This document shows, piece after piece, positions 38,807 through 48,631 of a stretch of DNA of 64,000 bases (the first letter of the stretch is position 1; each line of letters opens with the position of its first letter). Both the position numbers and the translations under genes were made by a program. Source of the stretch: Gemmatimonadaceae bacterium (GTDB lineage Bacteria; Gemmatimonadota; Gemmatimonadetes; Gemmatimonadales; Gemmatimonadaceae); contig DATKCV010000124.1 of NCBI GenBank assembly GCA_035513015.1, forward strand, positions 1-64,000, given 5' to 3'. Below the pieces are notes generated by a model that did no database searches, had not been told where the DNA came from, and worked only from the letters and a program-made list of their open reading frames with translations.

Positions 38807-40378
38807 GTGCGGGTGATCTCGAAACGTAGCGCTCGGCGACCCGGTCGCCGACCCGGTCGCCGGGCCGGGCGTCGTTCCGCGTCCCTCGCCGCCGTCGTCG
38901 CGGCGATGGCCGTCAATGTCCAGTGCGGAGGCGAGGGATCGCCCGTCCGCGACCTCACCGCTCGTGGAGCGCCGGCGGCGACGACATCCGGTGCGACCGT
39001 GGCTCTCGCGCCCTGCCGCGTGCCGGGGATCGACTCCGAGGTGCGGTGCGGCACGCTGGAGGTGGTCGAGAACCGGGATGCCCGCGCCGGACGCCGACTC
39101 CAGCTCGACATCGTCGTCCTGCCGGCGCGGAGCGGTGAGCCGGTGCCCGACCCGGTGTTCTTCGTGGCCGGCGGTCCCGGGCAGGCGGCAACGATGGCTG
39201 CACCCGGCTTGTGGTCCTCGCCGCTGCGCGAGCGGCGGGACGTCGTGCTCGTGGACACGCGGGGCTCGGGAGGATCCCACGCGCTGGATTGCGCGCTCGC
39301 CGGTTCCGACGAAAATCTCCAGGGTTACTTCGACCCGATCTTCCAGACGCCGCTATTCGAGACGTGCCGGAGGCAGCTCGAGCAGCGAGCGGACCTGCGC
39401 TGGTATACGACCGCCGCGGCGATGGACGACCTCGACGATGCGCGCGCGGCGCTCGGCTACGAGCGGATCAATCTCGTCGGCCGCTCGTACGGCACGCGCG
39501 CCAGTCTCGTCTACGCGCGGCGGCATCCGACGCGGACGCGCACGGCCTTTCTCACCGGCCTCGTGCCGACCGCATTCAGGAATCCTCTGCACCACGCGCG
39601 AGCCGCGCAGGATGCGCTCGAGCTGCTCATCGCCGCCTGCGAGCGCGACGCGCGGTGCCGGGCGTCCTATCCCGAGCTGCGGAGGGATCTCGAGACCGTA
39701 GTTCAGCGTCTCGATAGCGCGCCGGCACGCGTGACGATCCCGCATCCGACGACCGGCGCGATGGTCGAAATCCGGCTCTCGCGCGTGGCGTTCGGCGAAG
39801 CGGTACGGGTGATGATGTACCAGACCGGTCGGGCGATGCGATTGCCCCTGCTCATCCACCGCGCGTCTCGCGGAGACTTCGTGCCGTTCGCCGAGCTGGG
39901 GCTGGCGAGCAACCGCGGGCTGCGCGGCGCGCTCCGCGCCGGCCTGCTGATGAGCGTGGTCTGCTCCGAGGACGTACCGCGGATCACCGAGGCCGACATC
40001 GTCCGCGAGACGCGCGGCACGATGCTCGGGGACACCCGCGTGCGCGAGCAGATGGCGGCTTGTGGCGTGTGGCCGCGGGGGGAGGTGGCGGACGGGCATG
40101 CCGACCCGGTCGCCGTCCGCGTCCCAATGCTGCTGGTCACCGGGTCGCTGGATCCGGTCACTCCGCCGGTGTGGGGGGACGAGGCGGCGCGGCATCTTCC
40201 GAACGGTCTGCACATCGTGATCCCCGGGGGTCATGCGGTCGCATCGCCGTGTCTCGACCGGATCGCCGTGAGCTTCCTCGAGCAGGGCACGGTGTCGGGG
40301 CTCGACACGACCTGCGTGGAGACGCTCGCGCTGCCGCCGTTCGTGCTGCCGGAGGTGCCTGATGCGCGCACGGATTAG
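38807..40378 (+). CDS. Secreted alpha/beta hydrolase (S33 prolyl/tripeptidyl aminopeptidase-like)
   Basis: GRSYG nucleophile elbow and a C-terminal PGGHAV motif. GTG start chosen at 38807; the N-terminus has an RRPGRRPGRRAGRR repeat. Confidence 0.8.
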   Translation: MRVISKRSARRPGRRPGRRAGRRSASLAAVVAAMAVNVQCGGEGSPVRDLTARGAPAATTSGATVALAPCRVPGIDSEVRCGTLEVVENRDARAGRRLQLDIVVLPARSGEPVPDPVFFVAGGPGQAATMAAPGLWSSPLRERRDVVLVDTRGSGGSHALDCALAGSDENLQGYFDPIFQTPLFETCRRQLEQRADLRWYTTAAAMDDLDDARAALGYERINLVGRSYGTRASLVYARRHPTRTRTAFLTGLVPTAFRNPLHHARAAQDALELLIAACERDARCRASYPELRRDLETVVQRLDSAPARVTIPHPTTGAMVEIRLSRVAFGEAVRVMMYQTGRAMRLPLLIHRASRGDFVPFAELGLASNRGLRGALRAGLLMSVVCSEDVPRITEADIVRETRGTMLGDTRVREQMAACGVWPRGEVADGHADPVAVRVPMLLVTGSLDPVTPPVWGDEAARHLPNGLHIVIPGGHAVASPCLDRIAVSFLEQGTVSGLDTTCVETLALPPFVLPEVPDARTD

Positions 40379-40508
40379 CCGCTTCGTCTCCCTTCTCGTA
40401 GCGCTGGCTTCTCGGTGGCAGGCTGCTCGAACAGGCGAACCTGCTGCGGAACGCCGACGGCAACGATGCTAGATTCGGAACGAAGGAGATCACCGGAGCC
40501 CGCTCGAC

Positions 40509-41063
40509 GTGCCGCCACCCACCTACATTGCGCTCATCCGCGGCATCAACGTCGGTGCCGCGGCGAGGATCCCGATGGCCGAGCTCCGCTCGTGTTGCGA
40601 GCAGCTCGGCCTGGCCGCCGTGCGCTCGTACATCCAGAGCGGCAACCTGATCTTCGGTGCGCGGAAGCCCGCCGACCGGCTGGAGGCCGAGATCGAGCGG
40701 GCGATCGAGAGACGCTTCGGGCTCGCCGTCCCGGTGATCATCCGTGCCGCCGCCGACTGGCCCGCCTACGTCGAGGGAAATCCCTTTCCCGAGGCGTCAG
40801 CGCGTGAGCCGAACCTGGTGATGCTCGCGCTGTCCAAACGCGCGCCTTCGCCGTCCGCCGAGGAAGCGCTTCGGGAGCGCGCAGCGGGTGGCGAGCGGAT
40901 CGCGCGCGTCGGGGATGCGGTGTGGATTCACTACGCGCGGGGCGCGACGAAATCGAAGGTGTTTCCGGGACTGCTCGACAAGCTCATTGGCTCGCCGGTG
41001 ACGACACGCAACTGGCGCACTGTGCTCAAGCTTCACGAGCTGGCGTGCGGTGTGGCCGGGTGA
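40509..41063 (+). CDS. DUF1697 domain protein
   Basis: YIALIRGINVGAAARIPMAELR... is the canonical DUF1697 start. Confidence 0.8.
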   Translation: MPPPTYIALIRGINVGAAARIPMAELRSCCEQLGLAAVRSYIQSGNLIFGARKPADRLEAEIERAIERRFGLAVPVIIRAAADWPAYVEGNPFPEASAREPNLVMLALSKRAPSPSAEEALRERAAGGERIARVGDAVWIHYARGATKSKVFPGLLDKLIGSPVTTRNWRTVLKLHELACGVAG

Positions 41064-41072
41064 CCCGCCCGG

Positions 41073-42337
41073 TCAGGGCCGCGGCACGATCCTCAGTATC
41101 TCGCCGTTCTCTTCGTCCGTCAGCACATACAGGGTCCCGTCGAGCCCTTGCCGCACGTCCCGCACGCGCTGACCGCGATCGACGAGCAGGTGCTCCTCGC
41201 CCGTCACTCGATCGTTCTCGATGACGAGCCGGATCAGCCGCTGGGCCGCGAGCGCGCCCACGAACAGATTGTCGCGCCATCCGGGAAACGCGTCCCCCGT
41301 GTAGAACTGGGCACCCGAGGGAGCAGGAGACGGATCCCAGTAGTACACCGGCTGCTCGAACCCCTCGCGGGCGGTCACGGCCCCGGCGATCGGCTGACCC
41401 GAGTACTCGATGCCGTACGTGACGACCGGCCAGCCGTGGTTGGTGCCCGGCTCGGGCCGGACCAGATTATCGCCACCGCGCGGCCCGTGGTCGACTATCC
41501 AGAGCCGCCCCTGCCGATCCAGCGTCGCCGCCTGAATGTTGCGGTGGCCGTACGACCAGATCTCGGGCAGCGCGCCTTCCCGTCCGACGAACGGGTTGTT
41601 GGGCGGAGCAGCGCCATCGGGGGTGATGCGCAGGACCTTGCCGAGATGATTGTCGAGGCGCTGCGCGTGCATCCGCATCTGACGGTCCGAGCGTTCGCCG
41701 GTGGTCACGTACAGCATCCCATCGGGCGCGAACACCAGCCGTGAGCCGAAGTGCATCGTCCCACCGTACGTCGGCATCACACGGAAGATCACGCGCACCT
41801 GATCGAGACGCTGGCGATCGGGCGACAGCACGCCGCGCGCTACCGTGGTTCCGTTGCCGTCCTGCCGACGCTCCGCGTAGCTCCAGAAGATCGTGCGGTC
41901 GCTTTCGAAATCCGGGCTGAGCGCGACATCGAGCAGCCCGCCCTGCCCTCGCGCATCGACCGCGGGCAGTCCGCCGATCGGCGGGCCCACCGTCCCGGCG
42001 GCTGAAACGATGCGCATCCGGCCGGGTCGCTCGGTGATCAGCAGGTCGCCGCCGGGGAGCGGCTCGACCGCCCACGGGTGTTCGAGGCCGCGGGCGAGCA
42101 CGACGACGTCGAACGCGACGTCGGATGTGGCGAGGCAGGCGCGGGCCTGCCCCGGAAACGCGGGACGTTGATCGGACGCGTTGGGAGCACGCGTTTCGGC
42201 TCGCGGGCAGTCCGGCGCGGGCGGCCCTGCCCTCGAGGCGTCCGGCGGGGTCGTCTGGTCGTTGGTGCGCGCGACACATGCGGCGCCGACAGCGACCAGA
42301 AGCATGACCGGAATGATCGGGATCCGAGCGAAAAGCA
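41073..42337 (-). CDS. PQQ-dependent sugar dehydrogenase (soluble glucose/sorbosone dehydrogenase family)
   Basis: GLEHPWAVEPLPGGDLLITERPG, HFGSRLVF, and EIWSYGHRNIQAATLD...GPRGGDNLV...GTNHGWP. Start trimmed to MLFARIPII (signal peptide). Confidence 0.85.
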
Positions 42338-42561
42338 TGGTGTCCGTCCTGAGATGGCGACATCGCGGAGCGAGTCGACGTCCGCACACGTCGACCATGG
42401 GGCAGCAATAGACGGTCCACCTCCTCGACGTTGGGTCGAGCCCGCCCCGCCCACACCCTGGCTGTGACCAATTCGCGGGATGCGAGGTCAATCAATGCGA
42501 GGCCGGTGACGAATCCCAGCATGCCGGCGACCAAGTAAAAACCTTCCTTCCCGAGCGGTAC

Positions 42562-44277
42562 ATGCGATCCACCATTGGCTTCCTGGCGAGCGCCGGCGCA
42601 CTGCTCGGCGTGCTCGCTGCTTGCGGCGGTTCCACCGGCGGCGGTACTGCCCCGGGCCCGGTCCCGTCGATCACGGGCGTTTCCCCTTCGCAGGGCACGG
42701 TGGGCACCGAGCTCACCATCTCCGGCACCAACTTCCGCAGTGGCGCGGCGGTTCGCGTCGGCTCGTACACGTCCAGCGCGGTCGATGTCGCCGGGCCGAC
42801 GACCATCTATGCCTCCGTTCCTTCGGGCGTTACGGCCGGCCAGATCTACGATGTGATCGTGCTCAACAGCGACGGCACCGATGCGCGGCGAACCGCCGCG
42901 TTCACGGCCGTCGCTCCGACACTTCTCTACGTGAACGGTGCCACGAAGCCGAGCGGCAACGTTGGCAACACGGTCATTCTCGAAGGGATCGCCTTCGGCG
43001 ACCAGCAGGGTCCCGGGCAGGTGCTCTTCTCCGACGGCGCGGGCGGCACGATCGCGGCGACGATCGCCGATCCCGCCGCCGACTGGACGGATGGCTTCAT
43101 CCTGACGACGGTGCCGAGCGGTGCTGCCACCGGGGACGTGCTGGTCCAGACCGGAACCGGAACGAGCAACGCGCTCCCCTTCACCGTGACGGCGAACGCG
43201 CAGTTCAGCCCGTCCACCATCGCCTGGACTTCCACAACGCCGCTCCCGGTCGGCCTGAGCGGCCACCGTGCGACCTTCGCCGCGGTGCAGGGCGCTGGCG
43301 CGAGCAGCAACATCGTCTACGTGACCGGCGGCGCCGCCAATGATTATGCGCCGCGCACCGATGTGTCCTATTCCGTGATCCAGGCGGACGGCCATCTCGC
43401 GGCGTGGGCGAGCACGGCTCCGCTCCCGGCGGCTCTCGCCTTCCACGCCGCGGTGGCCGCCACACCGGCGAACTCGCGCGTCAAGGGCACCGGCTACATC
43501 TACGTGCTCGGCGGTGCGAGCGACGCGGCCGGCACGCCGACCAGCGCCATCTACCGCGGGACGCTCGCCGAGGATGGCAGCATCACGTCCTGGACGAACG
43601 CCGGTCAACTGCCCGCCGCAGCGCACTCGCTCGGTGCGGCGCTCTTCCGCGGTGATCTCTACATCGTCGGCGGTTCGGGGAGCGCAAATACCCCGGTGAG
43701 CACCGTGTATCGGGCCCGTCTCGATTCGCTCGGCGCTCTCGGGAGCTGGCAGCAGCAGCTGGACCTGCCGGCTGGCCGCACGTACCACGGTGTCCTTCAG
43801 TTCGGCGGCCACCTGTACGCCTTCGGCGGCGAGACCGCCGCGGTCACCCCCAACGACGCGAACTACACGAACAACGATTCGAAGCTGGCCGACATCGCTT
43901 ACGCCAGGATCAGCCTGCGCACCGGCGACCTGGCGACGTCGGGCTGGGTCGTGAACTCCTCCAACCTGTTCAAGGCGACGAGTAAGCACACCGCGGTCGC
44001 CGTGGGCGGTAACGTGCTGGTCACCGCGGGGCTGTACAACGCCGCCAACACCGGCTCGACCGAGGAGAGCTACGCGCAGTTCAACAGCGACGGAAGCGTC
44101 GGCAGCTTCAACGGCGCGACCGGCTCCCGTACGATCGTTTCAGCCGGCGGACAGAACCTCTTCAATCACGCGGCGATCGCCTACGTGGATGCGAACGGCG
44201 TGGCGCACGTGCTCGTCCTGGGGGGCGATGACGTGAACGCACCGGGCCAGAAGCGGGCCGAGATCTGGTTCTACTGA
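42562..44277 (+). CDS. Lipoprotein with IPT/TIG domains and Kelch-type beta-propeller
   Basis: LAACGG lipobox, two IPT-like domains (ITGVSPSQGTVGTELTISGTNF), then Kelch-like blades (YVTGG, YVLGG, YIVGG, YAFGG). Confidence 0.7.
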   Translation: MRSTIGFLASAGALLGVLAACGGSTGGGTAPGPVPSITGVSPSQGTVGTELTISGTNFRSGAAVRVGSYTSSAVDVAGPTTIYASVPSGVTAGQIYDVIVLNSDGTDARRTAAFTAVAPTLLYVNGATKPSGNVGNTVILEGIAFGDQQGPGQVLFSDGAGGTIAATIADPAADWTDGFILTTVPSGAATGDVLVQTGTGTSNALPFTVTANAQFSPSTIAWTSTTPLPVGLSGHRATFAAVQGAGASSNIVYVTGGAANDYAPRTDVSYSVIQADGHLAAWASTAPLPAALAFHAAVAATPANSRVKGTGYIYVLGGASDAAGTPTSAIYRGTLAEDGSITSWTNAGQLPAAAHSLGAALFRGDLYIVGGSGSANTPVSTVYRARLDSLGALGSWQQQLDLPAGRTYHGVLQFGGHLYAFGGETAAVTPNDANYTNNDSKLADIAYARISLRTGDLATSGWVVNSSNLFKATSKHTAVAVGGNVLVTAGLYNAANTGSTEESYAQFNSDGSVGSFNGATGSRTIVSAGGQNLFNHAAIAYVDANGVAHVLVLGGDDVNAPGQKRAEIWFY

Positions 44278-44304
44278 GCAGATAGCTCGACCGATGTGTG
44301 TGGA

Positions 44305-44332
44305 GCCGGAGGCACCTTGCGGTGCCTCCGGC
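44305..44332. terminator. Perfect 12-bp stem hairpin after the Kelch lipoprotein gene
   Basis: gccggaggcacc-ttgc-ggtgcctccggc followed by ttcgcgc. Confidence 0.6.
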
Positions 44333-44468
44333 TTCGCGCATACCGGGGCGAGCCCCGAGGCGGTGAATTCGGTCGCAAGAACCCGGACGCGCCTGTGGTT
44401 GCGCGGCGATATCATCGTCGCACACGTTCAGGGGGGACATCATGTGCGCGGCCGTGGCGATGGGAGCA

Positions 44469-45539
44469 ATGGAGATCGAGGACGATTCGGCGTGGGCCGC
44501 GCTCGAGCAGCGTGACCGAAGGTACGACGGCGTGTTCGTCTACGCCGTGCGGACCACCGGCGTCTACTGCCGGCCGTCGTGTGCGGCACGGCGCCCGCGC
44601 CGGGCCAACGTGGCGTTCTTCGCCACGCCCCAGCTCGCTGAGGAGGCGGGCTTCCGGGCCTGCCGCCGTTGCCGCCCGGCAACCGCGGGAGTCGCCGCCG
44701 CCGATGAGGCCGTGGCGCGCGCGCGGGCGTACCTCGACGCCAACGCGGACCGGACGGTGCCGCTCGCCGAGCTCGCGCGAGCGGTCGGGATGAGTTCGTT
44801 TCACCTCCAGCGCAAGTTCAAGGAGCGCCTCGAGGTCTCGCCCAAGGTCTATGCCGATGCCCGCCGGATCGAGCGTCTGAAGGCGGCTCTCCGGCGTGGA
44901 GATTCCGTGAGTCGCGCTACGTACGACGCCGGGTTCAATTCCAGCGGGCCCGTGTACGCGCGCACAGGCAGCGGACTGGGGATGTCACCGGCGCAGTACA
45001 GGCGCGGTGGGCACGGGGTCCGGATATCGTTCGCGACGGCCGGTACGTCCATCGGGCGCGTGCTGGTGGCGGCGTCGGACCGCGGCGTCTGCGCGGTGAC
45101 GCTGGGCGAGGACGACGAGTCACTCGAGCGCGCTCTGCGCGACGAGTTCCACGCCGCCGAGCTCGCGCGCGTCGACGCCGGGCACGGCACACTCGGGCCG
45201 TGGCTCGAGGCCATCGTGCGGCACCTCGATGGCGGCGAGCCGCGACTGCACGTACCGCTGGACGTCGGCGGCACGCCGTTCCAGCGGCGGGTGTGGGCCG
45301 CGCTGCGGGAGATCCCGTTCGGCGAGACGCGGTCGTACGCACAGGTTGCCTCGGCGATCGGGGAGCCGGGCGCCGCGCGGGCGGTGGCGCGGGCGTGCGC
45401 GGCGAACCCGGCGGCGATCGTCATTCCCTGTCACCGAGTGGTTCGCGCGACGGGCGAGGCGAGCGGGTATCGGTGGGGCGCCGAGCGGAAGCGGCGGCTC
45501 CTGGCCGCGGAGAGGGCGATCGTGGCGCGGATAGTGTAG
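44469..45539 (+). CDS. ada: Bifunctional Ada: methylphosphotriester-DNA methyltransferase/AraC-type regulator fused to O6-methylguanine-DNA methyltransferase
   Basis: Collinear with E. coli Ada as recalled from memory (FVYAVRTTGVYCRPSCAARRP Zn site; AraC HTH; C-terminal IVIPCHRVV active site). Confidence 0.9.
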   Translation: MEIEDDSAWAALEQRDRRYDGVFVYAVRTTGVYCRPSCAARRPRRANVAFFATPQLAEEAGFRACRRCRPATAGVAAADEAVARARAYLDANADRTVPLAELARAVGMSSFHLQRKFKERLEVSPKVYADARRIERLKAALRRGDSVSRATYDAGFNSSGPVYARTGSGLGMSPAQYRRGGHGVRISFATAGTSIGRVLVAASDRGVCAVTLGEDDESLERALRDEFHAAELARVDAGHGTLGPWLEAIVRHLDGGEPRLHVPLDVGGTPFQRRVWAALREIPFGETRSYAQVASAIGEPGAARAVARACAANPAAIVIPCHRVVRATGEASGYRWGAERKRRLLAAERAIVARIV

Positions 45540-45649
45540 GGGCGCCGACAAGCTCGCGGCGGCTACCGTGCGGGCGCGCAGTCGGGCGTCATCCTTTCAA
45601 CGGCCGCCAGCTGTCGCGCTCCGGGCGGGGGTGAGCGAGATTTCCGCCC

Positions 45650-47089
45650 ATGCCGTCCAGGCGCCAGCCGCCAGCCACGCTCGACCTCGACGTGGAGACG
45701 ATGCGGCGCATCGCCCGCGCCGTCACCGACCTCGTCGTCGATCACATCGCCACGCTGCGTGAGCAGCCTGCGCGGCGCTCGCTGAGCCCGACCGACGCCG
45801 AGCGGCTGCTCCATGGCCCGCCGCCCGAGCACGGCTCACACATCGACGAGTTGCTCGGCGTTCTCGCAGAGCGCGTCCTGCCCTGGCACGCGCGCGAGCC
45901 GAGCCCGCGGTTCATGGGCTACATCCCCAGCTCGCCGACGTTCCCGGCGATCGCCGGCGACTGGCTGGCGACGGGATTCAACTTCTTCGCTGGCGTGTGG
46001 ACCGTCGCGTCAGGGCCCAACCAGCTCGAGTTGACGGTGCTCGACTGGTTCCGGCAGTGGCTCGGAATGCCGGAGGGGACGAGCGGGCTGATGACTACCG
46101 GCGGCTCGGCGGCGACCCTCACGGCGGTCGTCGCGTCGCGGCACCGCGTCGACCCCGACGGTGATGAAATCGCCCGGCTCACCGTGTACACCTCGGATCA
46201 GGCACACTCCTCGGTCGCGCGGGCGGCATGGATCGCCGGCATCCCGCGCGCGAACGTGCGCTCGATCGCCACCGACGGCGCCTACCGGGTGCAAGTCGAC
46301 GCGCTGCGCGAAGCGGTCGCCGCCGACCGCGCCGCCGGGCTGGTGCCGTTTCTCGTCGTGGCGAGCGCGGGGACGACGAATACCGGAGCGATCGACCCGC
46401 TGGGCGCGATCGCCGAGCTGTGCGAGGGCGAGCGGCTCTGGATGCACGTCGATGCGGCGTATGCCGGGTTCGCGGCGCTGCTGCCGTCCGGTTCGCGGCT
46501 CCTCACAGGTATCGAGCGCGCGGACTCGGTTACGCTCGATCCGCACAAGTGGCTCTTCGTGCCGTTCGAGTGCGGCTCGCTGCTCGTCCGCGATCAGCGC
46601 GCCCTGGCGGCGGCGTTCAGCGTGCACCCGGAGTACCTGGGCGACGTGCAGGGACGGGCGGAGGAGGTGAACTTCGCCGACCTCGGTATTCAGCTCTCGC
46701 GGTCGGCGAAGGCACTCAAGATCTGGCTGTCGGTCGGATATTATGGCATCGCCGGGATCCGGGAGGCGATCGAACGGGGCATCCGGCGTGCCGAGTACGC
46801 GGAAACGCTGCTGCGGTCGCGCGAGGACGTGGAAATACTCTCTCCCGCGCAACTGGGCGTGGTCTGCTTCCGCCTGCATCCGCCCGGCATGGATCACCCC
46901 GGGGCGCTCGACGCGCTCAACGAGGCCATCAACGCCCGCGTCAACGCCGGTGGTCGATTCCTGATGTCATCGACGCGGCTCCACGGGCGCTTCTCGCTCC
47001 GGCTGTGCACCCACGTCCATCGGATGACAGAGGTCGACATCGACGAGGTCGTGCAGGCGATCACGACGGCCAACTTCCCCGTCGACTGA
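45650..47089 (+). CDS. PLP-dependent group II decarboxylase (aromatic amino acid / glutamate decarboxylase family)
   Basis: SVTLDPHKW PLP-lysine motif with a typical fold-I layout. Confidence 0.9.
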   Translation: MPSRRQPPATLDLDVETMRRIARAVTDLVVDHIATLREQPARRSLSPTDAERLLHGPPPEHGSHIDELLGVLAERVLPWHAREPSPRFMGYIPSSPTFPAIAGDWLATGFNFFAGVWTVASGPNQLELTVLDWFRQWLGMPEGTSGLMTTGGSAATLTAVVASRHRVDPDGDEIARLTVYTSDQAHSSVARAAWIAGIPRANVRSIATDGAYRVQVDALREAVAADRAAGLVPFLVVASAGTTNTGAIDPLGAIAELCEGERLWMHVDAAYAGFAALLPSGSRLLTGIERADSVTLDPHKWLFVPFECGSLLVRDQRALAAAFSVHPEYLGDVQGRAEEVNFADLGIQLSRSAKALKIWLSVGYYGIAGIREAIERGIRRAEYAETLLRSREDVEILSPAQLGVVCFRLHPPGMDHPGALDALNEAINARVNAGGRFLMSSTRLHGRFSLRLCTHVHRMTEVDIDEVVQAITTANFPVD

Positions 47090-47173
47090 GCGCGTTTCAG
47101 TTGCTGCGGCGGAGTACCGGTCGGCGTCACTCGGCCCCGTTGGCGCGATCCGCGATCCTGCCGCGCCCCAGCT

Positions 47174-48631
47174 TCACAGGCCGCTGGTGCGACTCGATAC
47201 ACTCGCCGAGGTGCGAAGCGCGAATCCTTCGCGCGTCATCGCCCCCCACCTCCGCTCCCCTCGCGCGAAATTCCAGAACGCCTTCAACCTGAACAGCACA
47301 GTCAGCTGCCGGTAGCCGAACGACTCGGCGACCGCGTTGATCAGTATCCGGACGACATCCACTCGCCTCGTGTACCGCCGGAAGCTCACCTCCTCGAGCA
47401 GGATGGCCCAGACCGACAGGAGCATCCCGTACAGCACGACGACGGAAAAGAAGAGCCACGCGAACTGGAGATCGACCACGCCCAGCGCCAGCCCCGCGAT
47501 CACGCCGATGTAGCCGAGGACCTCGATGACCGGCGCCAGCGCCTCGCCGAACAGGAAGTACGGGTACGCGAGCATCCCCACTCTGCCGTAGCGGTAGTTG
47601 AACAGCAGGTCGCGGTGGATCCACAGCGTCTCCAGAAGACCCCGGTGCCACCGTTCGCGCTGGCGGCCCAGCACCCGGATCGAGGTCGGCACCTCCGTCC
47701 ACGCCACGGGATCGGGGATGAACGGCATGATGTCGCTCAGCCGGTGCTCGCGCAGATACCGGTGCAGCCGCACGACGAGGTCCATGTCCTCGGTCACGCT
47801 TCCGGTGCGATAGCCGCGGATGGCGAGGAGGTACTGGCGCTTGAACAGGCCGAACGCGCCGGAGATGATGAGGTTGCCGCCGAGCCGGTTCCAGCCGAGC
47901 CGGCCGAACAGGAACGCCCGCAGGTACTCCACCACCTGCACGGCCGGGAGCAGCCGCCGGTCCACGCGCGCCTCGACGACGCGCCCGTGCTCGATCCGGC
48001 AGGCGTTGGCGACGCGGATCGTTCCGCCGACGGCGGCGATCGACTTGCCGAGCAGGAACGGTCGCGACAGGCGCATCAGCGCGTCCGGTTCGATCAGCGT
48101 ATCGGCATCGACGGCGAGCACGTAGGGAAAGCGCGCCGCGTTCAGTGCGGCGTTCAGCGAGTCCGCCTTGCCGCCGCTCTCCTTGTCGATGACGAGCAGC
48201 TTCGAGTGCCGCCGGGAGCGGTAGTAGCCCCGGATCGGTTGCGTCGCCAAGGTGACCGTGAACGCCGGCGGCACCTGGTAGAGGTCGTAGGCCTCGGTAA
48301 GCCGCGCCATCGTTCCGTCGCGCGAGCCGTCGTTGACCAGCACGACCTCGTGATGAGGATACTGGAGGGTGAGGAACGACAGCACGCTCTCGACGATCGA
48401 CACCTCCTCGTTGTATGCCGGCACGAGGATGCTCATCGGCGGGAGCGCCTCGGTGCCGAGCACGCGCGTGAGCTGCTCGTCCTCGGCGAGGTGCCAGTGC
48501 GACCACAGCTCCGGGATCGAGAGGACGAGCAGGAGCGCGTAGAAGGAGTTGAGCCCGAGGAAGTAGACGAGCGCGGCGCCGTCGGCCCACGGAAGGATGG
48601 CGGCCAGGGCGTTGAGGATGGCGTCGATCAC
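47174..48631 (-). CDS. GT2 processive polysaccharide synthase (PgaC/IcaA/cellulose-synthase-like)
   Basis: N-terminal TMs, VLVNDGSRDGT, LAVDADT, QRERWHRG and C-terminal TMs. GTG start at 48631 overlaps the upstream stop (GTGA). Confidence 0.85.
   Translation of the reverse strand: MIDAILNALAAILPWADGAALVYFLGLNSFYALLLVLSIPELWSHWHLAEDEQLTRVLGTEALPPMSILVPAYNEEVSIVESVLSFLTLQYPHHEVVLVNDGSRDGTMARLTEAYDLYQVPPAFTVTLATQPIRGYYRSRRHSKLLVIDKESGGKADSLNAALNAARFPYVLAVDADTLIEPDALMRLSRPFLLGKSIAAVGGTIRVANACRIEHGRVVEARVDRRLLPAVQVVEYLRAFLFGRLGWNRLGGNLIISGAFGLFKRQYLLAIRGYRTGSVTEDMDLVVRLHRYLREHRLSDIMPFIPDPVAWTEVPTSIRVLGRQRERWHRGLLETLWIHRDLLFNYRYGRVGMLAYPYFLFGEALAPVIEVLGYIGVIAGLALGVVDLQFAWLFFSVVVLYGMLLSVWAILLEEVSFRRYTRRVDVVRILINAVAESFGYRQLTVLFRLKAFWNFARGERRWGAMTREGFALRTSASVSSRTSGL

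Noticed and set aside
41467-43989. 840-aa - strand ORF
   Set aside because: It runs antisense across the PQQ-dehydrogenase promoter and the Kelch lipoprotein, with Arg/Gly/Ala junk composition.
46010-46897. 295-aa - strand ORF
   Set aside because: It is antisense to the PLP decarboxylase.
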